Source: Feifaniaceae bacterium (lineage in GTDB: Bacteria > Bacillota > Clostridia > Oscillospirales > Feifaniaceae). From it: a stretch of DNA of 28,884 bases. The first letter of the stretch is position 1. Each line of letters opens with the position of its first letter. Positions 19,046-27,203 of the stretch are shown piece by piece. The stretch covers positions 1-28,884 of the forward strand of contig JAZSCG010000083.1 in NCBI GenBank assembly GCA_045602805.1. The letters are read 5' to 3'. Position numbers and translations under genes: made by a program. Below the pieces are notes generated by a model. That model did no database searches and was not told where the DNA came from. It saw only the letters and a list, made by a program, of their open reading frames with translations.

Positions 19046-19085
19046 ATTGCAATTGTTAAATTAATTTAAATAAATCCTAGATTTA

Positions 19086-19114
19086 TTGACAATGTTTTAC
19101 TATAAAACTATAAT
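19086..19114 (+). promoter_or_regulatory. Consensus sigma-A promoter of the orphan membrane protein gene
   Basis: TTGACA-17 nt-TATAAT. Confidence 0.85.
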
Positions 19115-19150
19115 TTCAAATATACATATTTTATATTAAGGATAACAGTG

Positions 19151-19786
19151 ATGAAGAACAAATATTGGAGTCAACTTAACAGAAAACAGAAAATCGATTA
19201 TTATTTTCAGTATTATTTTTCCTGGACTTTAGCTGCGATTGCTGTAATAGCATTTGTGGCATTTTACGCATATCAGGTTTTATCAAAAATCCCACCGGAT
19301 ATCTCTGTTATAACTGTGGGGGAAATGCCTGCTGATCATGATACACAGACAGCACTTGTCGATTACATAACTGATAACGTTAATGATATCATACCCGATG
19401 AAGAAAAATATGTAGAATATAATCCTATATCGTATAATCTTGCTCATAAAAACGAGCAGAATATGATGCATATGAGTAAATACATGGCACTTTTGGGAGA
19501 AGGAGACCCAAAACTGCTGATTATGGATAAGACACACTATGAATCTTCATTGGTAGATGAGCAGTTCGACGGTTTTCTTACGGATTTATCCGATTTATCA
19601 GACAATCATTATAAAAAGTTTGCTATTCCCGTATCGGAAACAACTCTTTTTGATGAGGAAAATCTTGATTTTTTTGATGAATATTATATTGTTCTTACAC
19701 AGATTGGCGGCGGAAAAAAAGAAAGCGGGAAAAATCTTGACAGATATGACGGAGCAAAACAGTTTATTAATGACATATTAAAATAA
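19151..19786 (+). CDS. Hypothetical protein: single N-terminal membrane anchor and an acidic C-terminal domain
   Basis: Long ORF with its own promoter, SD AAGGA and terminator; hydrophobic stretch WTLAAIAVIAFVAFYAYQVL after a basic N-terminus. The function is not recognised. Confidence 0.8.
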   Translation: MKNKYWSQLNRKQKIDYYFQYYFSWTLAAIAVIAFVAFYAYQVLSKIPPDISVITVGEMPADHDTQTALVDYITDNVNDIIPDEEKYVEYNPISYNLAHKNEQNMMHMSKYMALLGEGDPKLLIMDKTHYESSLVDEQFDGFLTDLSDLSDNHYKKFAIPVSETTLFDEENLDFFDEYYIVLTQIGGGKKESGKNLDRYDGAKQFINDILK

Positions 19787-19810
19787 AAGACGGGCAATGC
19801 CCGTCTTTTT
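19785..19810. terminator. Bidirectional intrinsic terminator
   Basis: AAAAGACGGGC-AAT-GCCCGTCTTTT, between convergent genes. Confidence 0.9.
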
Positions 19811-20363
19811 AGTTGTCTGTATTCTTTTTTGCCAAATCACCAATGAATAACTCTATTATAGAAGAATAATACTTCTGGGGGTCTTTTTCAAAACTCTCAG
19901 CAATACTCTGTGCCTGCATTTTGTTTGCAACACCTAATGTGAGTTTGAGCATCGGTTCATCTTCTTCGAGGATGTTACACGTAACAGTATATCCCTTTTC
20001 TGTATGAGCAGTGTCGGCATATACCTGTGATTTAAAGCGGAGCTTTGAAGTTATTTTCATAGCACCTTTTGCGGTTTTTTCCCTGATAGAATAGGGAATA
20101 CGCTTTTCCAGTGTTTCAAGCGTATCTTCACCTATTGGGGTTATACATACAACCTTGATACCGTTGTTTACGAATGAGTCGATATGACCTGATGCAATAA
20201 GTGCATCAAAATCATTGACAAAGTCAAAATAGTTGATTTCGTCACTGACAATCATCAGTTCTACCAGACTGTCGTAAGGTATAAGCTGACCGAGTGATTT
20301 AAGCCCGTACAGAATTAGCAGACGAGCCCTTTCTTGATCTGTAATACTTCCTTGTTGAAACAT
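19809..20363 (-). CDS. DUF4364-family protein (probable)
   Basis: LLILYGLKSL...INYFDFVNDFDALIASGHI...ITPIGEDTLETLEKRIPYSIR resembles this ~180-aa clostridial family. SD GGAGA; own promoter TTGAAA-17-TAAAAT on the minus strand. Confidence 0.7.
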   Translation of the reverse strand: MFQQGSITDQERARLLILYGLKSLGQLIPYDSLVELMIVSDEINYFDFVNDFDALIASGHIDSFVNNGIKVVCITPIGEDTLETLEKRIPYSIREKTAKGAMKITSKLRFKSQVYADTAHTEKGYTVTCNILEEDEPMLKLTLGVANKMQAQSIAESFEKDPQKYYSSIIELFIGDLAKKNTDN

Positions 20364-20421
20364 ATTATCTCCATAAATTTAATATATTGATTTTAACAGA
20401 TTTGAGGTGGTATTTCAAATA

Positions 20422-21372
20422 TCAAAATGACCTGAAAATTTCCGGAAGCTGAATTTCAAAGACCTTTCCGTTTAAGTATGAAAGAATGTCACTTTCAGTT
20501 TTAAAATTAAATTTAAGTTTATATGAACAGAGCGCCTGCGATTTTAGAGCATAATGCTTATTTGCTGCATTTGTACCGTATTTCCCGTCTCCAAGTAAAG
20601 GATGTCCTACAGATGCAAAATGCGCTCTTATCTGATGTGTTCGACCCGTTTCAAGCTTAACTTCGACTAATGAAAGACCGTCCTTTTCTTTTAATACGGA
20701 GTAACCTGTGATGATAGACAAAGCACCGGGTACTTTGCTTTTATAGACTTTAATCTCTTTTTTTACTGAATCCTTGGTAAGATATCCTTTTAAAATTCCG
20801 CTTTTTTCCTTGAAATAGCCATGTGCTATGCATATATAGTATTTATCAATTTCTCTGTTTTTGATTTTCTCGTTCATTATTCTCAAAGATGCAGCATTTT
20901 TTGCTGCAATAACAATGCCTTGAGTATTTCTGTCAATCCTATTGCACAGAGAGGGGACAAAACTGTTTTCATCCTGAGGGATATATTCATTTTTATGATA
21001 CAAATATGCTTTTATATGATTGGCAAGTGTGTTAAATGATTCTTTATCATCGTCATGACACAGCATCCCTTTCGGTTTGTTTATGAGAATAATATTTTCG
21101 TCTTCATACACTATATCAAGTGATGTTTTGAGTTTGACAAAATCATTCTCGTTTTGATACTTAGCTTTGAAAAATTCATCATTGATATAGAGCTGGACTG
21201 TATCGCCTTCTGTAAGACGGTAATCCTTCTGTGACCTTTTGTTGTTTACTTTGATACGTTTTGTTCTGATATATTTTTGCATAAGAGACAAAGGCAGTCT
21301 CGGAACTGCTTTTGTAATAAATTTATCAAGACGCTGTGTCGCATCGTTTTTACTTATTATAAATTCTTTCAT
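20422..21372 (-). CDS. RluA-family pseudouridine synthase with N-terminal S4 domain
   Basis: QRLDKFI, INKPKG, CNRIDRNTQG, LETGRTHQIRAH, GHPLLGDGKYG. Confidence 0.95.
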   Translation of the reverse strand: MKEFIISKNDATQRLDKFITKAVPRLPLSLMQKYIRTKRIKVNNKRSQKDYRLTEGDTVQLYINDEFFKAKYQNENDFVKLKTSLDIVYEDENIILINKPKGMLCHDDDKESFNTLANHIKAYLYHKNEYIPQDENSFVPSLCNRIDRNTQGIVIAAKNAASLRIMNEKIKNREIDKYYICIAHGYFKEKSGILKGYLTKDSVKKEIKVYKSKVPGALSIITGYSVLKEKDGLSLVEVKLETGRTHQIRAHFASVGHPLLGDGKYGTNAANKHYALKSQALCSYKLKFNFKTESDILSYLNGKVFEIQLPEIFRSF

Positions 21373-21415
21373 ATTCATATAATAACACTTTTAGTGCATT
21401 TTTTAAATATATATT

Positions 21416-21443
21416 TTGACTTATTGAAAAAATGTTGTATAAT
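21416..21443 (+). promoter_or_regulatory. Sigma-A promoter of radC
   Basis: TTGACT-16 nt-TATAAT. Confidence 0.65.
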
Positions 21444-21465
21444 GTTGCGAGAGGTGTGAAAATAC

Positions 21466-22146
21466 ATGCATGAAGGGCACAGAGAAAGACTAAAACAACA
21501 ATTTAAAAATGATAACTACTCGATAGATAAATGGCAGGAGCACAACATTCTTGAACTTCTTTTGTTTTATTCTGTTCCCAGAGTTGATACGAATGAAACT
21601 GCCCACAGACTACTGGATAGATTCGGTTCACTTGCGGGTGTACTTGACGCATCTCCGGATTCTTTGCTATCTGTAGATGGCGTGGGAAATAACAGTGCAG
21701 TTTTTTTAAAATTGCTGCCACAAATATTTTCTCTTTATCTTGAGCAGAAACATAAAGAAGATAAGTCAAAAAATGACATGACTGATATTGACTCAAGAAA
21801 GAGTTTCTTTATTCCTAAATTTTTTGGATATTCTTATGAGGCGGTATTTGTCGCCTGTCTTGACAACAAAAACAGAATAACTGCTTGTGATAAACTTTTT
21901 TCGGGTAGCGTAAATGTATCACAAGTCAATCTTCGTCTTATAATTGAATTTGCCATCCGAAATTCAGCTGCAGGGATAATTATTGCACACAATCATCCTA
22001 AAGGAACATCAGCACCGTCCTATCAGGATGTTTTGTTAACTAAACAACTAAATGAAGCACTGTTTCCGGTTAATATCAAATTACTTGATCATATTGTCGT
22101 TGCAGAAAATGATGCATCTTCTTTAAGGGAACTGGGCCAGTTTTAG
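21466..22146 (+). CDS. radC: RadC-family JAB/MPN domain protein
   Basis: HEGHRERLK, LELLLFYSVPR, HhH motif VDGVG, AHNHPKG..PSYQD, LLDHIVV. Confidence 0.93.
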   Translation: MHEGHRERLKQQFKNDNYSIDKWQEHNILELLLFYSVPRVDTNETAHRLLDRFGSLAGVLDASPDSLLSVDGVGNNSAVFLKLLPQIFSLYLEQKHKEDKSKNDMTDIDSRKSFFIPKFFGYSYEAVFVACLDNKNRITACDKLFSGSVNVSQVNLRLIIEFAIRNSAAGIIIAHNHPKGTSAPSYQDVLLTKQLNEALFPVNIKLLDHIVVAENDASSLRELGQF

Positions 22147-22163
22147 AATAAATGAGGTAATCT

Positions 22164-23006
22164 ATGTACGAAATCGCAAATAAAAAAATTTTAAATCCAA
22201 CCGTTACTATGATGGATATTGCGGCTCCGCTTGTTGCAAAAAAAGCACAGGCGGGTCAATTTATTATTCTACGCACTGATGATAACGGTGAAAGAATACC
22301 ACTCACAGTTGCAGGAACAGATAAGGAAAACGGAACCGTTAAAATTATATTCCAGACTGTCGGCGCAACAACAGAAAAACTCTCACATATGAATGTGGGG
22401 GATAGTCTTGCTGATTTTGCAGGCCCTCTGGGTTGCCCTACTCAGACAAATGGTGTAAAAAAAGCCTGCATAGTAGGCGGTGGCGTAGGCTGTGCCATAG
22501 CACTTCCCGTTGCACAAAAACTTCACAACGAAGGTTGTGAGGTACATTCGATAATAGGCTTCAGAAGTAAGGAACTTCTTATTCTTGAAGAAGAATTCAA
22601 GAATGCTTCTGACAAACTTACTATTATGACAGATGACGGCTCATACGGTGAAAAAGGTCTTGTTACAGAGCCTCTCAGGAAGATGCTTGAAGATGGCGAG
22701 ACGTTTGATGAAATTTTCGTTATCGGACCTTTGATAATGATGAAATTCGTTGTTGAAACAGTAAGGCCTTATAACATTAAAACTACAGTTTCAATGAATC
22801 CTGTTATGATAGATGGTACCGGAATGTGTGGCGGTTGCCGTCTCACTGTCGGCGGAAAGGTTAAATTTGCCTGTGTAGACGGTCCTGATTTCAATGGTTT
22901 TGAAGTGGATTTTGACGAGGCAATTATGAGAAACACTACTTATTTTGAGTTTGAGCGACATGCTCATGAAGAAACATGCAATCTCTTTAATAAGGAGGTG
23001 CAGTAA
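22164..23006 (+). CDS. nfnA: NfnA/SudB-type FAD/[2Fe-2S] subunit of electron-bifurcating transhydrogenase
   Basis: AQAGQFIILR, GERIPLT, VGGGVG, DGSYGEKG, IGPLIMM, DGTGMCGGCR...CVDGPDF. Confidence 0.9.
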   Translation: MYEIANKKILNPTVTMMDIAAPLVAKKAQAGQFIILRTDDNGERIPLTVAGTDKENGTVKIIFQTVGATTEKLSHMNVGDSLADFAGPLGCPTQTNGVKKACIVGGGVGCAIALPVAQKLHNEGCEVHSIIGFRSKELLILEEEFKNASDKLTIMTDDGSYGEKGLVTEPLRKMLEDGETFDEIFVIGPLIMMKFVVETVRPYNIKTTVSMNPVMIDGTGMCGGCRLTVGGKVKFACVDGPDFNGFEVDFDEAIMRNTTYFEFERHAHEETCNLFNKEVQ

Positions 23007-23007
23007 T

Positions 23008-24420
23008 ATGCCTAATATGAGACTTGATAAAAATCCTATGCCCTCTCAGGAAGCATCCGTTCGTGCAAAAAACTTCCTTGAGGTTACATTGGGTTATACT
23101 CAGGAAGCGGCACTTGATGAAGCAGCTCGCTGTCTCGGTTGTAAGAATATGCCTTGTGTTTCGGGTTGTCCCGTAAATATTCATATTCCGGAGTTTATCA
23201 AAAAAATAAATGAGCTTGATTTTGAGGGAGCATATCAGGTTATTGCTAAATCGTCAAATCTGCCTGCAGTATGCGGAAGAGTATGTCCTCAAGAATCGCA
23301 GTGTGAAGCGAAGTGTGTCCGTGGAATAAAGGGAGAACCCGTAGGAATCGGAAGGCTTGAAAGATTTGTTGCTGACTGGCATAACGAGAATTGTACAGAT
23401 GAGGTTGTTAAACCTTTGTCTAACGGACATAAAGTTGCTGTTGTCGGCTCCGGTCCTTCCGGTCTTACATGTGCAGGTGATCTCGCTAAAAAGGGATACG
23501 AAGTAACAATTTTTGAAGCACTTCATAAGGCAGGGGGAGTTCTTGTATACGGCATACCTGAATTCAGACTTCCTAAATCTATTGTTCAAAAAGAAATTGA
23601 TAACTTAAAAAAACTTGGCGTCAATATTCAGACAAATGTCATTATTGGAAAAACAATCACTGTAGATGAGCTCTTTGATGACGGTTATGAAGCAGTTTAT
23701 ATCGGTTCAGGTGCCGGTCTGCCTAATTTTATGGGTATTCCCGGTGAATCCTTTAAGGGTGTTTTTTCTGCAAATGAATTTCTTACAAGAAACAATCTCA
23801 TGAAAGCATATGAAAACAACTCGGATACTCCTGTGATGAAAGGCAGAACGGTTGCTGTAGTAGGTGGCGGAAATGTTGCAATGGATGCAGCAAGAACAGC
23901 AAAACGTCTCGGCGCTGAAAATGTCTATGTGATTTATCGTCGTTCTATGGAGGAACTTCCTGCAAGAGCTGAGGAAGTGGAGCATGCTCAGGAAGAGGGT
24001 ATTATTTTCAAGGTGTTGACTAATCCTACAAAAATTTTGGGCTATAACAATCCTGATGACAGACGTGATCCCAAGAACGGTTTTGTAACGGGAATAGAAT
24101 GTCTTAAAATGGAACTTGGCGAACCTGACGAACGTGGCAGAAGAAGGCCTGTTGAAATAAAAGGTTCTGAATTTGTTATAGATCTTGATGTTGTGATTAT
24201 GTCGATAGGAACATGTCCTAATCCGCTTATTAAAGACACTACGGAAGGTCTTGAAGTAAATGGGCGTGGCGGAATAATTGTTGATGACGGTTGCAAGACT
24301 TCGAAAGAAGCAGTTTATGCAGGCGGAGATGCTGTGACAGGTGCGGCAACGGTAATTCTTGCTATGGGTGCAGGTAAGACAGCTGCAAAGTCAATAGATG
24401 AGTATTTGATGAATAAATAA
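23008..24420 (+). CDS. nfnB: NfnB/SudA-type FAD/[4Fe-4S] subunit (often annotated as glutamate synthase beta-like)
   Basis: RCLGCKNMPCVSGCPV, CGRVCPQESQCEAKC, GSGPSG, GGGNVAMDAAR, YRRS, GGDAVTGAATVILAMGAG; adjacent to nfnA. Confidence 0.9.
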   Translation: MPNMRLDKNPMPSQEASVRAKNFLEVTLGYTQEAALDEAARCLGCKNMPCVSGCPVNIHIPEFIKKINELDFEGAYQVIAKSSNLPAVCGRVCPQESQCEAKCVRGIKGEPVGIGRLERFVADWHNENCTDEVVKPLSNGHKVAVVGSGPSGLTCAGDLAKKGYEVTIFEALHKAGGVLVYGIPEFRLPKSIVQKEIDNLKKLGVNIQTNVIIGKTITVDELFDDGYEAVYIGSGAGLPNFMGIPGESFKGVFSANEFLTRNNLMKAYENNSDTPVMKGRTVAVVGGGNVAMDAARTAKRLGAENVYVIYRRSMEELPARAEEVEHAQEEGIIFKVLTNPTKILGYNNPDDRRDPKNGFVTGIECLKMELGEPDERGRRRPVEIKGSEFVIDLDVVIMSIGTCPNPLIKDTTEGLEVNGRGGIIVDDGCKTSKEAVYAGGDAVTGAATVILAMGAGKTAAKSIDEYLMNK

Positions 24421-24426
24421 TTGATA

Positions 24427-24455
24427 AAGGGGAGATATTAGCTGTATCTTCCCTT
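24427..24455 (+). terminator. Hairpin after nfnB
   Basis: 11-bp stem AAGGGGAGATA / TATCTTCCCTT; weak U-tract. Confidence 0.65.
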
Positions 24456-24462
24456 ATTCTCA

Positions 24463-24491
24463 TTGACAAATTTTCGTAATAATGGTATAAT
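24463..24491 (+). promoter_or_regulatory. Consensus sigma-A promoter of the leader-metNIQ transcript
   Basis: TTGACA-17 nt-TATAAT with extended TG; predicted start near 24498. Confidence 0.88.
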
Positions 24492-24524
24492 CCGTAAAAA
24501 CAAATCCCGGAAGGAGGCATAGAA

Positions 24525-24638
24525 ATGAACATTTATTTTTGTAGTCTTTTGCGTGAAAATTTCCGCTGCGGTCGAATGCTTGGCTCCCGAGTAAATTATT
24601 CGAGAGTTTTTGATGCTATGCCTGCTTATAGGATATAG
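24525..24638 (+). CDS. Candidate 37-aa leader peptide MNIYFCSLLRENFRCGRMLGSRVNYSRVFDAMPAYRI
   Basis: SD AAGGAGG (24511-24517) lies 7 nt before ATG; the frame is open to TAG 24636-24638. It is too short for the ORF track. Confidence 0.6.
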   Translation: MNIYFCSLLRENFRCGRMLGSRVNYSRVFDAMPAYRI

Positions 24639-24663
24639 CATTGTTATTTTCGTATAATTTGTT

Positions 24664-24697
24664 CGGGAGTTGTCATATCTTGATGACCCCGTTTTTT
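24664..24697 (+). terminator. Conditional (attenuator) terminator before metN
   Basis: CGGG-[AGTT bulge]-GTCAT-ATCTTG-ATGAC-CCCG-TTTTTT; its 5' arm overlaps a 25-bp alternative helix. Confidence 0.7.
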
Positions 24698-24712
24698 ATT
24701 AAGGAGCTTAAT

Positions 24713-25714
24713 ATGATCCAACTTCAACATGTAACCAAAATATTCAACACCAAAGACAGAAGTGTTGAAGCTGTAAAAGACATCTCGTTGGATATTGAAA
24801 AAGGTGACATATTTGGTATCATCGGTCTTTCGGGTGCAGGCAAATCCACACTTGTAAGATGTATCAATTTTCTTGAGAAGCCAACGAGTGGCAGTGTTAT
24901 TTTTGAGGGCGTAGACCTTGCTTCATTAAATCACTCGGCGTTGCTTGAAAAGAGACGTTCTATGTCAATGATATTTCAGGGATTTAATCTGCTGTCCCAG
25001 AGAACTGCTCTCAAAAATGTATGCTTTCCTCTGGAAATTGCCGGTGTGCCAAAGAAAACTGCAACAGAAAAGGCGAGAAGTTTGCTTAAACTTGTCGGCC
25101 TTGAGGACAGAGAAAATGCATATCCCTCGCAGTTGTCGGGTGGGCAGAAACAGAGGGTCGCTATCGCCAGAGCATTGGCATCCGATCCGCAAGTTTTACT
25201 CTGTGATGAAGCTACAAGTGCCCTGGACCCCACAACAACTACGGCAATCCTTGAACTTTTAAAGAGAATTAACCGTGATTTAGGTGTCACGATAATAGTA
25301 ATAACACACGAAATGAAGGTCGTTGAACAAATCTGTAATAAGGTTGCGGTCCTTGACAACGGTGAGCTTGTTGAAACGGGCTATGTGAAAGATGTATTTA
25401 CTTCACCCAAAACCGCAAAAGCAAAAGAACTGATTTTACCCAAGGGAAAATCAGTTAAAAAGATGCAGGGCGGAAAAGTTATAAGAATTGTTTTTGACGG
25501 ACAGTCGGCAAGTGAACCTGTTATTTCAAATCTTACGATAGAATGTCAGACTGCCGTAAATATTCTTCAGGCTGATACAAAAGCAATAGAAGAAAAAGCA
25601 TACGGTGAAATGCTTATTGAACTTCCGTTGGACGAAACTTCATCAGCAAGAGTGCTGGGATATCTAAAAGACAGAAAAATACATTTTGAGGAGGTAACCG
25701 AAGATGTTAAATAA
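24713..25714 (+). CDS. metN: Methionine ABC transporter ATP-binding subunit
   Basis: GLSGAGKS, LSGGQKQRVAIARAL, LLCDEATSALDP, ITHEM, C-terminal NIL domain; SD AAGGAG. Confidence 0.95.
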   Translation: MIQLQHVTKIFNTKDRSVEAVKDISLDIEKGDIFGIIGLSGAGKSTLVRCINFLEKPTSGSVIFEGVDLASLNHSALLEKRRSMSMIFQGFNLLSQRTALKNVCFPLEIAGVPKKTATEKARSLLKLVGLEDRENAYPSQLSGGQKQRVAIARALASDPQVLLCDEATSALDPTTTTAILELLKRINRDLGVTIIVITHEMKVVEQICNKVAVLDNGELVETGYVKDVFTSPKTAKAKELILPKGKSVKKMQGGKVIRIVFDGQSASEPVISNLTIECQTAVNILQADTKAIEEKAYGEMLIELPLDETSSARVLGYLKDRKIHFEEVTEDVK

Positions 25715-26369
25715 TGCACTTGTGGATATGCTTATTAACGGCATCATTGAGACGCTTTATATGGTACTTCTTTCTACAGGAATTTCATATGCGATAGGTA
25801 TTCCAGTCGGTGTATTGCTTTATATAACAGATGATAACGGTATATGTAAGAATAAACCTGTAAATCTCGTACTTGGTTTCGTTGTTAATTTGTTAAGATC
25901 AATACCTTTTATTATACTTCTTGTCGCAATAATTCCGTTTACACGTTTTGTGGTAGGTACTTCCATAGGCTCAACGGCAACAATTGTTCCGCTTGTTGTA
26001 TCAGCTGCACCATTTGTTGCAAGAATGGTAGAATCATCATTAAAAGAAGTTGATTTTGGTGTGATTGAAGCTGCAGAATCAATGGGGGCTACACCGTGGG
26101 AGATCATTACAAAAGTTCTTTTGCCGGAATCAAAGCCTTCTCTCATTGTAGGAAGTGCTATAGCTATAACAACTATCCTTGGCTACTCTGCTATGGCAGG
26201 TTTCGTCGGCGGCGGCGGCCTTGGTACAATTGCCATAAACTACGGTTATTACAGATATGATGACAGAATAATGCTCATAACAGTTGTTTTACTTGTTATT
26301 GTTGTTCAGCTGTTCCAGATGATTGGTATGAAAATTGCATCAAAAACAGACAAACGTATTAAAAACTAA
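25704..26369 (+). CDS. metI: Methionine ABC transporter permease
   Basis: ETLYMV, RSIPFIIL, APFVARMVE, GVIEAAESMGA, GGGGLG, YGYYRY. Confidence 0.95.
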   Translation: MLNNALVDMLINGIIETLYMVLLSTGISYAIGIPVGVLLYITDDNGICKNKPVNLVLGFVVNLLRSIPFIILLVAIIPFTRFVVGTSIGSTATIVPLVVSAAPFVARMVESSLKEVDFGVIEAAESMGATPWEIITKVLLPESKPSLIVGSAIAITTILGYSAMAGFVGGGGLGTIAINYGYYRYDDRIMLITVVLLVIVVQLFQMIGMKIASKTDKRIKN

Positions 26370-26392
26370 TTTTTATAAAGGAGAAAACCATC

Positions 26393-27199
26393 ATGAAAAA
26401 ACTTATTTCAATCCTTCTCGCACTTACTATTGTATTTTCATTTGCTGCTTGTGGCAGCAACGAAAATGCCGACAATGTAATCAAAGTAGGTGCAAGCATT
26501 ACACCCCATGCAGAGATACTTGCCGTAATCAAGGATGAACTTGCTGCCCAGGGATACACACTTGAAGTTGTAGAGTACAACGACTATGTACTTCCCAACA
26601 CAGCAACAGAAAGCGGCGATCTTGACGCTAACTACTTCCAGCATACACCTTATCTTGATGATTTTAATGCGAATAACGGAACTCACCTTGTTCCCGTTGC
26701 ATCGGTTCATTACGAGCCTTTCGGCATCTATGCAGGTAAAACTGCTGCTATAACTGACCTTAAGGAAGGTGCAGTTGTTGCCGTTCCCAACGATACAACA
26801 AATGAAGCAAGAGCACTTCTTCTTCTTGAAGCACAGGGACTTATCACACTCAAAGAGGGTGCAGGTCTTACAGCAACTAAGGTAGATATCGTCGAAAATC
26901 CCTTAAATCTTGATATCAAAGAAATCGAAGCTGCACAGCTTGCTCGTTCACTTGCTGATGTAGACATTGCAGTTATCAACGGTAACTATGCGATTGAAGG
27001 CGGTCTTAAGGTAAGCGATGCTATAGCCGTTGAAGCGGCTGATTCAGAAGCTGCACAGACCTATGCAAATATCCTTGTTGTAAAAGAAGGCAACGAAGAA
27101 CAGGAAAAGATTAAGGCGCTCGTTAATGCTCTTACAAGTGAAACTGTAAAAACTTATATTGACAGCACTTATGACGGTGCAGTTGTTGCAATGTTCTAA
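26393..27199 (+). CDS. metQ: MetQ/NlpA lipoprotein substrate-binding subunit
   Basis: Lipobox FAAC, TPHAEIL, DYVLPN, DANYFQHTPYL, PNDTTNEARAL, INGNYA. Confidence 0.94.
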   Translation: MKKLISILLALTIVFSFAACGSNENADNVIKVGASITPHAEILAVIKDELAAQGYTLEVVEYNDYVLPNTATESGDLDANYFQHTPYLDDFNANNGTHLVPVASVHYEPFGIYAGKTAAITDLKEGAVVAVPNDTTNEARALLLLEAQGLITLKEGAGLTATKVDIVENPLNLDIKEIEAAQLARSLADVDIAVINGNYAIEGGLKVSDAIAVEAADSEAAQTYANILVVKEGNEEQEKIKALVNALTSETVKTYIDSTYDGAVVAMF

Positions 27200-27203
27200 A
27201 TTT

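Noticed and set aside
21426-21437. Possible LexA box in the radC promoter (GAAA-AAAT-GTTG)
   Set aside because: Two mismatches; not distinguishable from chance.
22945-23007. Longer start for nfnB given by the ORF track
   Set aside because: It overlaps nfnA; ATG 23008 has SD AAGGAGGTG.
24498-24712. S-box (SAM-I) or Met T-box upstream of metN
   Set aside because: I could not find the S-box core (ATC.AGAG...GGCCC...GCAAC...GGTGC) or the T-box motif (GGTGG.ACC.CG).
24641-24712. N-terminal extension of MetN from TTG 24641
   Set aside because: It has no SD and runs through the terminator; ATG 24713 has SD AAGGAG and gives a normal N-terminus.
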